A stretch of DNA of 48,965 nucleotides, counting the filler, from Stramenopiles sp. TOSAG23-2 (taxonomy: Eukaryota): NCBI GenBank assembly GCA_900128395.1. It is 2 parts of 2 records of this genome, joined end to end, with 100 filler letters (N's around TTAATTAATTAA, not from the genome) between each part and the next. Parts side by side here need not be neighbours in the genome. Positions count along the whole stretch, not along the records: positions 1 to 24,433 come from LT649464.1; 1 more part is not named here. One strand, 5' to 3'. The position numbers were made by a program, and so were the translations under genes. The notes beneath the pieces were generated by a model. It saw only the letters and a list, made by a program, of their open reading frames with translations, searched no databases and was not told where the DNA came from. Below are positions 11,295 to 22,131 of the stretch, in pieces (the stretch's first letter is position 1; every line of letters begins with the position of its first letter).

Positions 11295-12086
11295 TTATGG
11301 CTTACATAATGGGCCATAAAAAATCAATACCATGGAACAGGTTGGAACAAGTAAACAAATTATTGGTGACAGAAAGACATTAATACCTTCAATCACATTC
11401 AACACACAATTCTTTTTACCTTCAGGTAATATATGCCAATGATGATGTAAAATATTTCTCACTGCTCTTCCATTTAATTTAAAATAATTTTCTTTGAATT
11501 CATTATCTAATTGCATCACAAATTCCATTGCTAATGAATTCAATACAATATCCAATGGCGATGTTGCGATAAAAACAAGCCATAGATTCATTATATACAA
11601 AATACCTTCATATGATATATCCATGATATCATCTATATGACCCCACTCAGCTAACTTTGACCTCATCAATGCTTTTATTTTTTTATTTTTACCAGCGAAA
11701 GCAACATATTTATCCCCAAAAATTAAGACACTGCGGCAAAAATACATGACAGCAATTGCGAATATTAAAAACCTATTTGTTGTTGATGCCGTGCCAGGGC
11801 ATATTCCGGCCGTATATTCCTGCCATTGTGATAAGAACATACCAGCAGGAATCATCCATTGCGACGATAATAGTAAAATTGGTAAAACTCTAATAAGCGA
11901 GTCAAAACATGTTTGATGAGGGTGAGTCATAAATATACTAAAGAGGCCGTAAGATTGCCATTCTTCTAGGGCATCCCTTAAATTGTCTATTTCTTCTTGA
12001 TCATGGTCATCGGCATTAAATGTTGAAGCTAAGTTCGTGGAAGACGTTGCACGTTCGATAACGAGTGCATGAATTTTTTTAGCCAT
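11295..12086 (-). CDS. Multi-pass membrane protein of unknown function
   Basis: ORF with 4-5 hydrophobic segments and a DIVLNSLAMEFVMQLDNE motif. First ATG is at 12086. Confidence 0.75.
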   Translation of the reverse strand: MAKKIHALVIERATSSTNLASTFNADDHDQEEIDNLRDALEEWQSYGLFSIFMTHPHQTCFDSLIRVLPILLLSSQWMIPAGMFLSQWQEYTAGICPGTASTTNRFLIFAIAVMYFCRSVLIFGDKYVAFAGKNKKIKALMRSKLAEWGHIDDIMDISYEGILYIMNLWLVFIATSPLDIVLNSLAMEFVMQLDNEFKENYFKLNGRAVRNILHHHWHILPEGKKNCVLNVIEGINVFLSPIICLLVPTCSMVLIFYGPLCKP

Positions 12087-12900
12087 TATATTTTTGTACA
12101 ATTAAATATATATTTACTAAAGTAAAAAGAAAGTGATAAAGGCAATATAGAAGTATTATAAGATATTTTCTAGATTTATTTTAATTGTATAAAGTAATAA
12201 AATACTATCAACAGGATCGTTATATTATATTTCTTCTTACCATACGATATAATTTAAATGCCATAAAAAAACTTATCATTAATATCTATAGATGTATTAG
12301 TATATTGTAAAAAAGAGGAAACTAAACTATTATTAAGTATAATAATAAGCTTGCCAGGCTTGCAAGACTTGCAACGACGACGATTTCAGTAGTCCATGGT
12401 AGTCTGGTAGTCTGGTAGTATAAGTTATATGTAAAAATTGTTATTCCAGTATTGTAAAACGTAAAACGAAAAACAGTCTATTATAATATAATAAATAAGT
12501 CGTCTATTATCTATTATATCTTCTATCTTCTATCTATTGCTATTACGAGATTACGAGGATATAGCTCTATCAGATGTGTGCGCTACAACATGGTGGTACT
12601 AGCTAGCTACGAGGATGCAAAATCCTACAATATAAATAGTATTAGCTTTATTAGTATATCAGTATATCAGTATATCCTGTTTGTTACAAAATTTATCCTT
12701 AAAAAGTCATTAACAACAACGCGAATCTAGAGAGGATCCGCTCTACGCGAATCTATAAATGTGGTGCAAATCTTAGTCACAATGCACCAAATACACATTT
12801 TTATTAATAATAAATTAATAATATGAAAATGTATAAAAATTAGTTTGCGTTAGTCTATTTTTTTATTTATTATCTGGTTCCATAGGAGAACATCGACATT

Positions 12901-13527
12901 ATGGCATCGTTTTTAAATAATTTAGTAGATACTACAGATATGAATGTATGGTCTGGTGTTTTGGGTGGTATGTGTGTTGGCATTGCGTTAACATTAGGAT
13001 ATAAAGAATTATATTTATTTGAAAAGCCGAAAGATTTACCAACAAAGAAAAAAGGGCTGGAGGAAGATGATGTTGACGGTGATGATAGTAGTGATGATAG
13101 TAGCGATGATGAAGACAGTTTGACTTCATCAGATGTAAAAGATGACTCTGGTATTTTTGATAATTTGAAAATGGTCTTATGTATACGAACTGATTTAAAA
13201 ATGGGAAAGGGAAAAATTGTTGCACAAGCATGTCACGCAGCGACGGGAGCAATTAAGACTGCCGAAAAATTAACACCTAAACTATGTGCTAAATTTTGGA
13301 GAAGTGGGTCTGCAAAGATCGCTTTAAAATGCCCAAGTGAGGAGGTAATGATGAATATAAATGCAGCAGCACGGGAATTAAAATTGGTAACTTATGTTGT
13401 ACGTGATGCTGGGCGCACACAAATAGCCCCCGGTTCAAAAACAGTATGTGCTATTGGCCCTGCTCCTGTAAATGAAATAGATAAAATTACAGGTAGAAAT
13501 GGTATCTTTCCATTGAAGTTAATGTGA
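12901..13527 (+). CDS. PTH2: Peptidyl-tRNA hydrolase 2 with N-terminal membrane anchor
   Basis: KMVLCIRTDLKMGKGKIVAQACHA, KIALKC, VRDAGRTQIAPGSKTVCAIGP. Confidence 0.95.
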   Translation: MASFLNNLVDTTDMNVWSGVLGGMCVGIALTLGYKELYLFEKPKDLPTKKKGLEEDDVDGDDSSDDSSDDEDSLTSSDVKDDSGIFDNLKMVLCIRTDLKMGKGKIVAQACHAATGAIKTAEKLTPKLCAKFWRSGSAKIALKCPSEEVMMNINAAARELKLVTYVVRDAGRTQIAPGSKTVCAIGPAPVNEIDKITGRNGIFPLKLM

Positions 13528-13984
13528 AAAAAATTTTATATAATATATTTAAAATGTTCTCTTACTCATATATTATATAAATTTGATAAAAAAATTTATT
13601 AAAAAATAAAATTATTTGAAAAAGCGTTATATGGATGGATGGTTTAATATTCGTCGTATCATACCGAATGAAGCCAGTGTTAGCGCATATCCTTGTCAAA
13701 ATAAGAGGGAAATAAGTGCCTCGAAAAAGTGTGGCAGTGGTTGGGATAGGAGTAGGGTTTTAGAGGGTATTTTTAAAAAAACAACGTAAAGCATAAACAG
13801 AAAAATATTATAAAATAAAATAATTATATATATATATATAATAAATTGCATGCATACATATGCATGTTCAAACAGTACATTTTCATCATTGAACTCCTGT
13901 TTACATTGTACAACTTTTTTCTGGAGTGTCTCAACATCGTCTGTAGTCCTGGTACCAAAATTTAATTGCAACAATCGTGTGATT

Positions 13985-14635
13985 TCATTTATTGCGTTCG
14001 CGTTGACATTTTTGCAAAAATTCTACTACACCTAATTTATTGTTCTTCAGGGATTCCAAAATAATCTGCAGCGGCCAGTATTTAATAGTGATTAACTTCC
14101 AATAAATAATAAATAATCCCTCCAATAGCCAATCCAGAATGTATCCACCATCATATTTGGATTTTGTGGATTCTATTACATTATCCATTGCTAAATCATT
14201 CTTCTTTTCCTTTTGCATTTCTTTTAGAATGCTGTGCATCTCATCTATAATGCTTTCTGTGCTTTTCTTATGCAATGATGGTAACACTTTCCACTTTTTG
14301 TCATAATGAACGAATTTGTCTTCATGTATATGTGCTTTGCCATTTTGCCATTTAATTAAATTACCATTCATTGCTGCTGTTACCAATGTCATTTTCCCCA
14401 ATGCAGCAACTAAAAAGATTGCAGAATTTTCTTGTTCCGTTGCCGTCTTTGAAATAATATCTTTTGATATTTTAGTTGGTTTACGATTATCATAATCATT
14501 ATCATTACTACTACTACTACTACTACTACTAGCAACAAGAACAAAATGTGTATTCATTAATATCAATAATAATGTTGTAATAATTATATTTATTAATTTT
14601 GTATGATAATAATTATTGTTTTTCATCATCATCAT
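13985..14635 (-). CDS. Putative secreted protein, 3' end uncertain
   Basis: Signal-peptide-like hydrophobic N-terminus followed by a Ser run. Coding-like sequence continues in another frame to ~13856, so the 3' structure may be frameshifted or spliced. Confidence 0.5.
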   Translation of the reverse strand: MMMMKNNNYYHTKLINIIITTLLLILMNTHFVLVASSSSSSSSNDNDYDNRKPTKISKDIISKTATEQENSAIFLVAALGKMTLVTAAMNGNLIKWQNGKAHIHEDKFVHYDKKWKVLPSLHKKSTESIIDEMHSILKEMQKEKKNDLAMDNVIESTKSKYDGGYILDWLLEGLFIIYWKLITIKYWPLQIILESLKNNKLGVVEFLQKCQRERNK

Positions 14636-14646
14636 GTCTGTATGTA

Positions 14647-14811
14647 TCTACGATGTGTAATATGTATATATTATGTATGGGTATGTCTTTTCAATTGTTT
14701 AAAATGTTACTATTCTACGATGTGTAATATTTTTAGATATATATATTGTATGTAGATTGTTTTATTGATTAAATACTAGTATTCTACGATGTGTAAATAT
14801 TTTTAGATATA
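14647..14811. repeat. Three degenerate direct repeats with ~67-69 bp period
   Basis: tctacgatgtgtaa at 14647, 14714 and 14783. Copies 2 and 3 extend to tattctacgatgtgtaa(a)tatttttagatata. Confidence 0.8.
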
Positions 14812-15275
14812 CTGCTTTGGTATATATAATATTTCAAATGAAATGGTTTTGATGTAATATATATCTAAATTTTCAATCATTCTACATTTTTTATTTATAA
14901 TATATATTCTTTTTGTATACGGCTCGTATATATATATTCAAATTTTTAATATGTGAAAAAAAGATGACATTTTATTTTTTAATAACGCGTAATATAATAC
15001 CTGCTGGTAACGTTTTTTGGTACACCTGGTATTTACATCATAGCACCATACTGTATTAAAATATAATAGAAAAAAAAAATATATATTATATATATAGATA
15101 GATGAAAGTTACACACACACACACACACATCATATATTAAAATACAAACTCAAAAACAATTATATATTACAATCAGGTTCATGATCATATATAAATATAG
15201 ATTTAACCAATTTCAACACACACACGTACGCATACATACACACACACACACATCATACATTGTAATCTTATCCCC

Positions 15276-17858
15276 TCAGTCTAAATTACCATATAAATCG
15301 CCCATAGCATTCATATTTTTCTTTGCATTCATGAATGATGGCCCTGTTGACTGTTTCTTGCCATGTGGTTTCTTCTTCGCCCGATGTTTGTTATTATTAT
15401 TATGATTATTATTATGTTTTTTCATCATTTTTTTCGCACCCATTACTGTATTTTCTTCTACTTCTTTTTTAATTAAATCAAGTTGTCGTTGAGATGGTTT
15501 TTGTGGCGCTTCTCGTATTGAAATAGCTTGAGTTGATAAAACATTTAAAATAAATTTTGCTTTTCCACCTTTTTGAACAGCAGCTACTACACATATTGGA
15601 TTTTGTTCAGGGGTAACCTCAATTACTTTTGATATCTCTAATGCTTTCATCAATACAGGTTTGCCAATTTGGAATTTTTCTTGTGCAGCTAATTTTTCTA
15701 CAGTATCTATATTATTTAAACATTCAACATGTTGATATGTTGATAAACCAATCCCAATTTTATCAATTTGAACTTGTTGTTTCTTCTTACCTACCATTTT
15801 TATTTTTTGTTGTTGCGATAATAAAAAAACTAATTTTGTTTTTGAGTTAACATTGATTTGATACTGTGGGTTTTTATGAAAGGTCCTCCCATGAGGTGGT
15901 CCTCCAGTTGTGTTATCATTCCATTCATGTTGAAATTTATATGCAAAATTAAATTTAGCATTGCTGCTATCATTGTTTTTTAATGATGCTGTTTCAATAT
16001 CATTATCTAATGCAATTTCACCAGTTTCATCATTCATTGGCAATTGCACATCGCCACTTTCACCAAACATTCGTCGTTCAAATACAAATTTATTTTCCTT
16101 TTTAATATCAATATTCTTATTCATTTCAATCTCACCAATAATTGAAAATGAACCCAATTTATTTGGGAAATATGTGGATGGAATAACAATTAAATCTTGG
16201 CCAATCATATCTGGCGTAATATTTAATTCAATAGAAACATCACGCTTGTTCCAATACGAAGATTTTTTTATGATATTGTATTTACCATTTACTACTTCCG
16301 GCCCATTTACATTTTCTTTCAATACAATAACTTCAATACCAATTTTATTTTCATAATTTAATTTCTCAAATTCATCCACGGATGATGTTTTCTTTCTTGA
16401 AGACCGTTTGTCAGTTTGTGAAATTGTCAAATAAAAAGTTTTAATATTTTTATCAAATATTTTCAATGCAAATGTTGGATTCAATCTCCAATTTGGAAAC
16501 ATGGAGCACCCACCAGCAGTCTCATTGGTCCATCTACTTTGAAATGTTTTTTTACAAGTATTTAACGCCGTCTCATCACAACCATTGACATCATAACCTT
16601 GCAAGGCGCATATATATACATTATTAAATATTTTATTCCATTTATCATATGGCATAAGAAAACAACCATCGTTATTGTTGCCATCTACACTATTTAAATG
16701 CCCCCAAGGATTTCGCAATTTTAAGACACCCTTACCTTTTTCACTAACATCAACAATTGCATAGGCATGATTTGGTACAATTTTAGGCCCATCTTTAATT
16801 TTCTCTTGACCTTTGTTAAACTTTTGTATTTCCACTTCATTACTGGAGCAATATCCACAACATAATAAATCTTGATTTTGATGTGTAGCACATATTTTTT
16901 TCCACATTTCACCTGTTTGTACCATATGCTTCCCTTCTTTATGATCCAGTCGCCATGAAAACACAGGGCTGCCTGTTAAATCTCTTAATGCTTCTCCTAT
17001 ATCACCACCACTAATTGCCCCATATGATTTATAAATTTTAGCATATGCTTTTTCAAGCAATGGCACCCACAGACCTTTGTTTTTTTTATTTTTTCCAAAA
17101 TAAAAAGATGTTATTTCTTTCATTTGCACCTCCTTTTCTTCCTTTTCATCTTCGTTGTTATTTTCATCATTATTTTTCTCACCATTTTGTTTGACAGGCA
17201 CCATGTAAGTTGATACAGGAAAATAATCATCTACATTAATATTATGAAAACGCCCTGCATGATATATTTTACATTGATATCTTCCATTTTTCATTGCTTC
17301 TGGAGTATTATTCTCAAATAAATGTTTGATATATTCTTTTCGTTCACATAATGCTGATAATGTCGCAATAAAATAACAATTTCCTAAATGGGCAGATTGT
17401 TTGACAGAGTTACAGGTTGGTTCATCAGCAGGGAATATTTCTAGCGGTGGTTCAACAAAATCTGGCAAACGTTTCCACACAAGATGTTCATCTGCTTCTT
17501 TGATACAACATATTGATTCAGAATTGTGAGGAAAATGTGCATCAACAAAGTTACTTGAACTCTCGTTGGATGTTGCTTTTAATGTTTCAAGTAGACTACG
17601 TAGTCTTATCAATTCCGAGTTTCCATCATCATTAATATCGCTACAATCAAGTGGTTTACCTGCTTCCAATTTAATAGCTTCAGAACCGACTTTGTCTAGC
17701 CCAGATTCATTAAACAATACACGTATCTTTTTGACTTCTTCTTTTACATTTGTTATTTCCGTAATATCACTTAAATTTTTAGGCTTGTTTAATTCAGCTT
17801 GCAATAACTGTAATTTTATTTGGTCCACACCTTCCAATGTTGATGCTCCTGCTCCCAT
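15276..17858 (-). CDS. Calpain-family cysteine protease (CysPc plus two domain-III/C2-like regions), likely N-myristoylated
   Basis: Catalytic triad motifs QSAHLGNCYF, PNHAYAI and LRNPWG; WVPLLEKAYAK; WTNETAGG and WNDNTTGG..NPQY domain-III starts; MGAGAS N-terminus. Confidence 0.93.
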   Translation of the reverse strand: MGAGASTLEGVDQIKLQLLQAELNKPKNLSDITEITNVKEEVKKIRVLFNESGLDKVGSEAIKLEAGKPLDCSDINDDGNSELIRLRSLLETLKATSNESSSNFVDAHFPHNSESICCIKEADEHLVWKRLPDFVEPPLEIFPADEPTCNSVKQSAHLGNCYFIATLSALCERKEYIKHLFENNTPEAMKNGRYQCKIYHAGRFHNINVDDYFPVSTYMVPVKQNGEKNNDENNNEDEKEEKEVQMKEITSFYFGKNKKNKGLWVPLLEKAYAKIYKSYGAISGGDIGEALRDLTGSPVFSWRLDHKEGKHMVQTGEMWKKICATHQNQDLLCCGYCSSNEVEIQKFNKGQEKIKDGPKIVPNHAYAIVDVSEKGKGVLKLRNPWGHLNSVDGNNNDGCFLMPYDKWNKIFNNVYICALQGYDVNGCDETALNTCKKTFQSRWTNETAGGCSMFPNWRLNPTFALKIFDKNIKTFYLTISQTDKRSSRKKTSSVDEFEKLNYENKIGIEVIVLKENVNGPEVVNGKYNIIKKSSYWNKRDVSIELNITPDMIGQDLIVIPSTYFPNKLGSFSIIGEIEMNKNIDIKKENKFVFERRMFGESGDVQLPMNDETGEIALDNDIETASLKNNDSSNAKFNFAYKFQHEWNDNTTGGPPHGRTFHKNPQYQINVNSKTKLVFLLSQQQKIKMVGKKKQQVQIDKIGIGLSTYQHVECLNNIDTVEKLAAQEKFQIGKPVLMKALEISKVIEVTPEQNPICVVAAVQKGGKAKFILNVLSTQAISIREAPQKPSQRQLDLIKKEVEENTVMGAKKMMKKHNNNHNNNNKHRAKKKPHGKKQSTGPSFMNAKKNMNAMGDLYGNLD

Positions 17859-18503
17859 TTTTATTATTATTTATGTTACAGATCGCCTATATATTAATTG
17901 ATATATCAATGATTATTTGTACAATATATATATATATATATATGATGTATAATATGATATCTATTTACAGCCATGATATTATACTTTTTATTATTTATAT
18001 TCGAATAGATACTTCTTATTTATGAATTATTGCACAATTGTTGCAATTGCTCCTCAGCTCAAAAAAATATTACAAGTTACAAGTGTGTGTCTTCTGGTCT
18101 TACTAAACTGAGGTGGTGCCGGTATAATACCAGGTAATACAAGGGTTTTTTGTTAAGTACATCATCCATATACTTTTATATATCCCTATCAAACACATTC
18201 CTACGTACTGCGTACTGCGTACTACGCCTGCACGCCTACCATCAGTGTGGTACTGTATGTAATAGTAATAATTATTATGTATTTTTTATACCGTTTTTTC
18301 TCCTGATATGACATACAGTAAACATACTGTAATATGTTTAGAATAAATGTGATGTGTACATTTATACATCGCAAAGATATATGTTCTGATGGAGAATGTC
18401 ATAGTAAATGCAAAGATAGATATATACACATATTTTTGTTTACCATAATTGACAAGAGGACAACCAGATACGTAGAATTATACGAGAATAAATATTTATC
18501 ATC

Positions 18504-18749
18504 ATGCATACACGTAGAAATAATAATAGTAGGAGGAAAACAAAAAAAAGAACAAATAATAAGTATAAAAATATACCAACTTCACATTTAATTAATGATC
18601 TTGATAATGAAATTGATGAAATGGAAAGTACATTAACGTCGTTTACGGATATGTTTCATAAAACGTTGTATACAATTCAAGATGATAATAATTACGACGA
18701 AATTGTTGCATTGAAAAAAGAAGAAGAAGAAGAAGAAGAAGAATATTGA
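18504..18749 (+). CDS. Probable 5' gene fragment joined out of frame to the PDE fragment
   Basis: 81-aa ATG ORF ending in a GAA run exactly where PDE similarity begins in another frame. Confidence 0.35.
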   Translation: MHTRRNNNSRRKTKKRTNNKYKNIPTSHLINDLDNEIDEMESTLTSFTDMFHKTLYTIQDDNNYDEIVALKKEEEEEEEEY

Positions 18750-19512
18750 TCATCCTGGTACAAATAATGGATTTCAAAATGCAAGTTTAACGCCATTATC
18801 ATTGTTGTATAATGATGTTTCAGTTTTGGAAAATCATCATGCAGCAACTACATGTAAGATATTAAGTCAAGCTAATTGTCAATTTATAGTAACAGAAAAA
18901 AAGTCAATTTTAAAATATTTTCGATCAACAATCATTAAAGCAATATTAGCAACAGATATGGTACACCATGCAAAGAAAGTAAAGGATGTTCGTGATATTG
19001 CTAGAAAAATGATCAAAGCTAGGGAAACTAATGAGGTGGTAGAACCATTTGATATTTCAGATGAAAATAGCCGTATGTTATTGTGTTCAATTGTCATACA
19101 TTCTGCTGATTTATCGAATCCTGTTATCTATGATTTTGAAGTTGTCTACAAATGGGCTAGTATGGTGTGTGAAGAATTTCATGCGCAAACGGTAATGGAA
19201 AAAGAGGCTGGATTGCCTGTAACAGCATATTTAGTTGGGGTAACTGAAAATATTCGAAAAGCGAAATTACAAATTAGTTTTTATGATTATGTTATAACTC
19301 CATGGTACGAAGCAGTAGCAGGCTGTCTTCCTAAAGCTAGGTTGATATTTAGTAATATTGAAGTAAATCGTCGACATTGGGTTGATATTGCTAGAGGAAC
19401 GGATCCAGAGGAAAAAATTAAACAAATAAAAGAAGCAAAAAGTGTTGGTTTTAGGCAAAGAAGAGGTAGAGTTCGAACGAGTAGTTTATTGGGGATTGGT
19501 ACGCCGAAATAA
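18745..19512 (+). CDS. Class I cyclic-nucleotide phosphodiesterase, C-terminal half of the catalytic domain only (5'-truncated)
   Basis: IDHPGTNN, LYNDVSVLENHH, ILATDM, HSADLSNP, EEFHAQ, LQISF. The HD expected immediately before IDHPG and the earlier His motif are absent. Confidence 0.85.
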   Translation: MDHPGTNNGFQNASLTPLSLLYNDVSVLENHHAATTCKILSQANCQFIVTEKKSILKYFRSTIIKAILATDMVHHAKKVKDVRDIARKMIKARETNEVVEPFDISDENSRMLLCSIVIHSADLSNPVIYDFEVVYKWASMVCEEFHAQTVMEKEAGLPVTAYLVGVTENIRKAKLQISFYDYVITPWYEAVAGCLPKARLIFSNIEVNRRHWVDIARGTDPEEKIKQIKEAKSVGFRQRRGRVRTSSLLGIGTPK

Positions 19513-19781
19513 ATAAAAATATATATTATAAAATATATTAATATTTACGAACGTATTAATATACTTCGTATATAATATGCATTAATGTATAATTTGAGTT
19601 TACGCACATAAATCTATTTTTTAAATTTACTCAATGATACGTAATTCCTACTCCTTCAAAAGAATACAATAACCTTTGAAATAATCTATCATACGAGTAT
19701 CTTATCATATCTCACACTAGTGTGTTGATAATGCATATTTTAATTTCTTTTAGTTTTTTTATAATTACACGCACGCGCACC

Positions 19782-20795
19782 CTATAATTTACTTTTACTA
19801 CTGAGTAACATACTTTGTTGAAAATTTTCCATATCTTTCATTTCTTGTTCAGTTGAACGTCTACGTTTTGCTGCATAACTTCTATATGCATTAATATAAA
19901 ATTCAGGAGTTTGGGAAGTTTCTTTCATAGATTCTCTTTTTCTAGAAGATTCCAACATATTTTTTAATTTACTAATTTCTTCGCAATTGTCTGGCAACAA
20001 AATAAAATTGCGATAAAATTTTAAATTTGTCGAAAACCGATCTAGAAATGGTATTAATGAAGTATCTGCTAAAGATATCTCATCACCAAATAAATATGGG
20101 CCATCAAGATCAAACTCACAAAACAGTTTGTTTGTTTCAACCATTTTTTTCCAAACCTTTGCAGCGATCTGTGTGTCAGTTTCTGGATTTTGATTCGATA
20201 ATAACTGATAGAAAGATGGGATAAGACCAATCGTTGCAACCTTTGCAATGTTTTGTCGCATTGTTGCTCTCTTCATAGTATCAGAGGGTATGATTTGAGA
20301 GTGATTTTTACTACCAAACTTTTGAAATAAATGCTCGGAGATAACATCATTTTCATATGTACCTTTCAATGCCATAAACGGTTCTGAATTGTCTAGCAAC
20401 GTCGGGATAGTTGCTATTGGAGATATATTTTCTTTGTACCAAACAGGCTTGTCATTACTAACCCAAAGCTGTCCACGCTCCGGTTTTTCAATAAAATCAA
20501 CATGTACGTATTCAATTGGCGCAGTCAACTCTTTAGCTACAATCCATGATCGATGGGCAAACGGGCATAGACCTATTATTATTATTACATTGATATATAT
20601 ATAGTTTAAGTTAGTTTGCAGTGACTTTGCATGGCTGAAAGGTTAGACGGGAGAGTTTTACTTACGGTTACTAACAAATTTCAAGCCAGTATTCAAATAA
20701 TGTATAGGCGCATTTTCTGCATTCGTCGCTGCAGTTATTTGTACTTGTGATGTCTCACAGCATTGTACTAAATCGTCCTTGTTGGTAGTAATCAT
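19782..20795 (-). CDS. Glutathione S-transferase, omega/lambda-like; two exons (20795-20666, 20572-19782), 306 aa
   Basis: Removing the GTAAGT...TAG intron restores NRLCPFAHRSW (CPF active site). Also KPVWY..ISP..TIPTL and GPYLFGDEISLADTSLIPFLDRF. Confidence 0.9.
20573..20665 (-). other. 93-bp spliceosomal intron in the GST gene
   Basis: Donor GTAAGT, CTAAC branch-like motifs, TAG acceptor; phase 1 restores the frame. Confidence 0.88.
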
Positions 20796-21117
20796 TCGGT
20801 TTCGTGAAAAACAAAATTGTTCATCAATGCATACGTATCTATCTAGCTACATATATAAAATAGATGTTTTTTGTTCTCTTTATTATTAATAATTTTGCTG
20901 GCCAGGCTGGCCAGCTTTGTTGCACCACCTTTTTGTGCTTTTAGTAGATTTAGGATGATTAAGGAGATAGCCTGGACGATCAGATGTAAATCGTATTAAT
21001 ACCAGAGAGGATACCTGCTATCCAGGCTATCCCCTAGCCAGGCCCATTTGGGCAGGCTAGGGGGAATTCCGGGTAAATTAAATACAATTGTAGAATATAA
21101 AATAGTTAAGTTTACTT

Positions 21118-21501
21118 TTAATCCCAACCAGATCGATCGCTATCAAAACTCTCTGCATCGGTATCTTCCTCATTTTCATCTAATTCGTTTTCCTCTGCAA
21201 CACTGCTATTCTCTCCTTCTTCCTCATCGTCGTCGCTAATTATAAAATCTTTTAAGGAACCTTCACTTCGACTATCACAACTTCTGTCTGATTTGGACAT
21301 TACAGATACACGTTCCGTTTCGTCGAAGTCAGAACAATTATCGTCATCCTTAAAAGTTCTGTCTCTATTTTCATTTGCTTGTTCATCTGAAAAACGAATT
21401 ATTGCTTTTTTGACTCGCTTTTTTACACGGTTATGCTCTTCCAGATTTTCTACTGTTAAATCCACGATCTTACGTTTATTTAAAACACTTTCAACGTTCA
21501 T
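21118..21501 (-). CDS. Small basic-then-acidic protein (127 aa), possibly viral
   Basis: ATG at 21501; KRVKKAIIRFSDE basic patch, GSLKDFIISDDD motif and acidic tail. Confidence 0.6.
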   Translation of the reverse strand: MNVESVLNKRKIVDLTVENLEEHNRVKKRVKKAIIRFSDEQANENRDRTFKDDDNCSDFDETERVSVMSKSDRSCDSRSEGSLKDFIISDDDEEEGENSSVAEENELDENEEDTDAESFDSDRSGWD

Positions 21502-21581
21502 AGTCTTGTTTCTTTGTTTTTTATTCGTTATCCCCAATATATAATGCTTTTTTTTGTCTTGAAACTGTTTTAGGAAGTGAC

Positions 21582-21788
21582 ATGGTAGAATTAACAGAAG
21601 AAGAATTTTCAAACTTAAAGGTGCCAAGCAGTGCTTCCAATTTAATTGATAGTGATGGAGAATTATGTTACGATTCAATTGAAGAATCTGAAGAAACACA
21701 TCTGCATAGTGTCATGGGTTTTCATGAACCTCCATTTCAACCATATCCTGAAAAACAAAGTTATTCTAAAAGTATATATAAGTATTAA
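21582..21788 (+). CDS. Small acidic ORF or exon (68 aa), possibly viral
   Basis: ATG ORF divergent from the 21501 ORF with only an 80-bp gap; coding-like composition. Confidence 0.45.
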   Translation: MVELTEEEFSNLKVPSSASNLIDSDGELCYDSIEESEETHLHSVMGFHEPPFQPYPEKQSYSKSIYKY

Positions 21789-21818
21789 TTTATTTGATGT
21801 ATTGAGACCAATAAACTA

Positions 21819-21850
<32 letters not shown>

Positions 21851-21913
21851 GTTTTTAACAGACTAACCAAACACATTTATTTACTAACCTTATGATTTTT
21901 ACTATACGTTTAG

Positions 21914-22123
21914 CTTTTGAAGAAACAATTACTTAATTTTAAACGCGTTGTGGTACACCCTAATAGAGGATTTCAACTACCAAAAATTGTGTATACTGGG
22001 AAATTTAAGGGAGGTCAGGATGACATTATAATGGCACTGACTATGGCAATATTTTTTACTATAGAATTTTGTACGGAAAGACTCGAAGGTGTTCCCTATG
22101 ATATGTTTGATGGTACTTCCTAA
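21914..22123 (+). CDS. Terminal exon resembling the C-terminus of herpesvirus/mirusvirus (Duplodnaviria) terminase large subunit nuclease domain
   Basis: LLKKQLLNFKRVV..IVYTGKFKGGQDDIIMALTMAIFF parallels the herpesviral pattern L.QL...Y(S/T)GK...DD..A..MA (recalled from UL15/UL89). It has no ATG at its 5' end and is preceded in phase 0 by TACTAAC (21882-21888) and TTTAG (acceptor ends at 21913). Confidence 0.7.
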   Translation, partial: LLKKQLLNFKRVVVHPNRGFQLPKIVYTGKFKGGQDDIIMALTMAIFFTIEFCTERLEGVPYDMFDGTS

Positions 22124-22131
22124 TTAATGTT

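Noticed and set aside
12720-12790. Small hairpins upstream of PTH2 (also 41782-41802) as possible tRNA/snRNA
   Set aside because: Stems of 5-7 bp only; no cloverleaf, T-loop, Sm site or box motifs recognised.
13640-14130. BTB-like snippet (YILDWL...ILAAADYFGIPE) and a possible GT-AG intron at ~13693-13855
   Set aside because: The pieces lie in different frames with intervening stops, and no consistent gene model could be built.
14647-14811. Repeat-spacer pattern with CRISPR-like period
   Set aside because: Only three degenerate copies with low-complexity AT spacers, no cas genes, and a eukaryotic promoter context.
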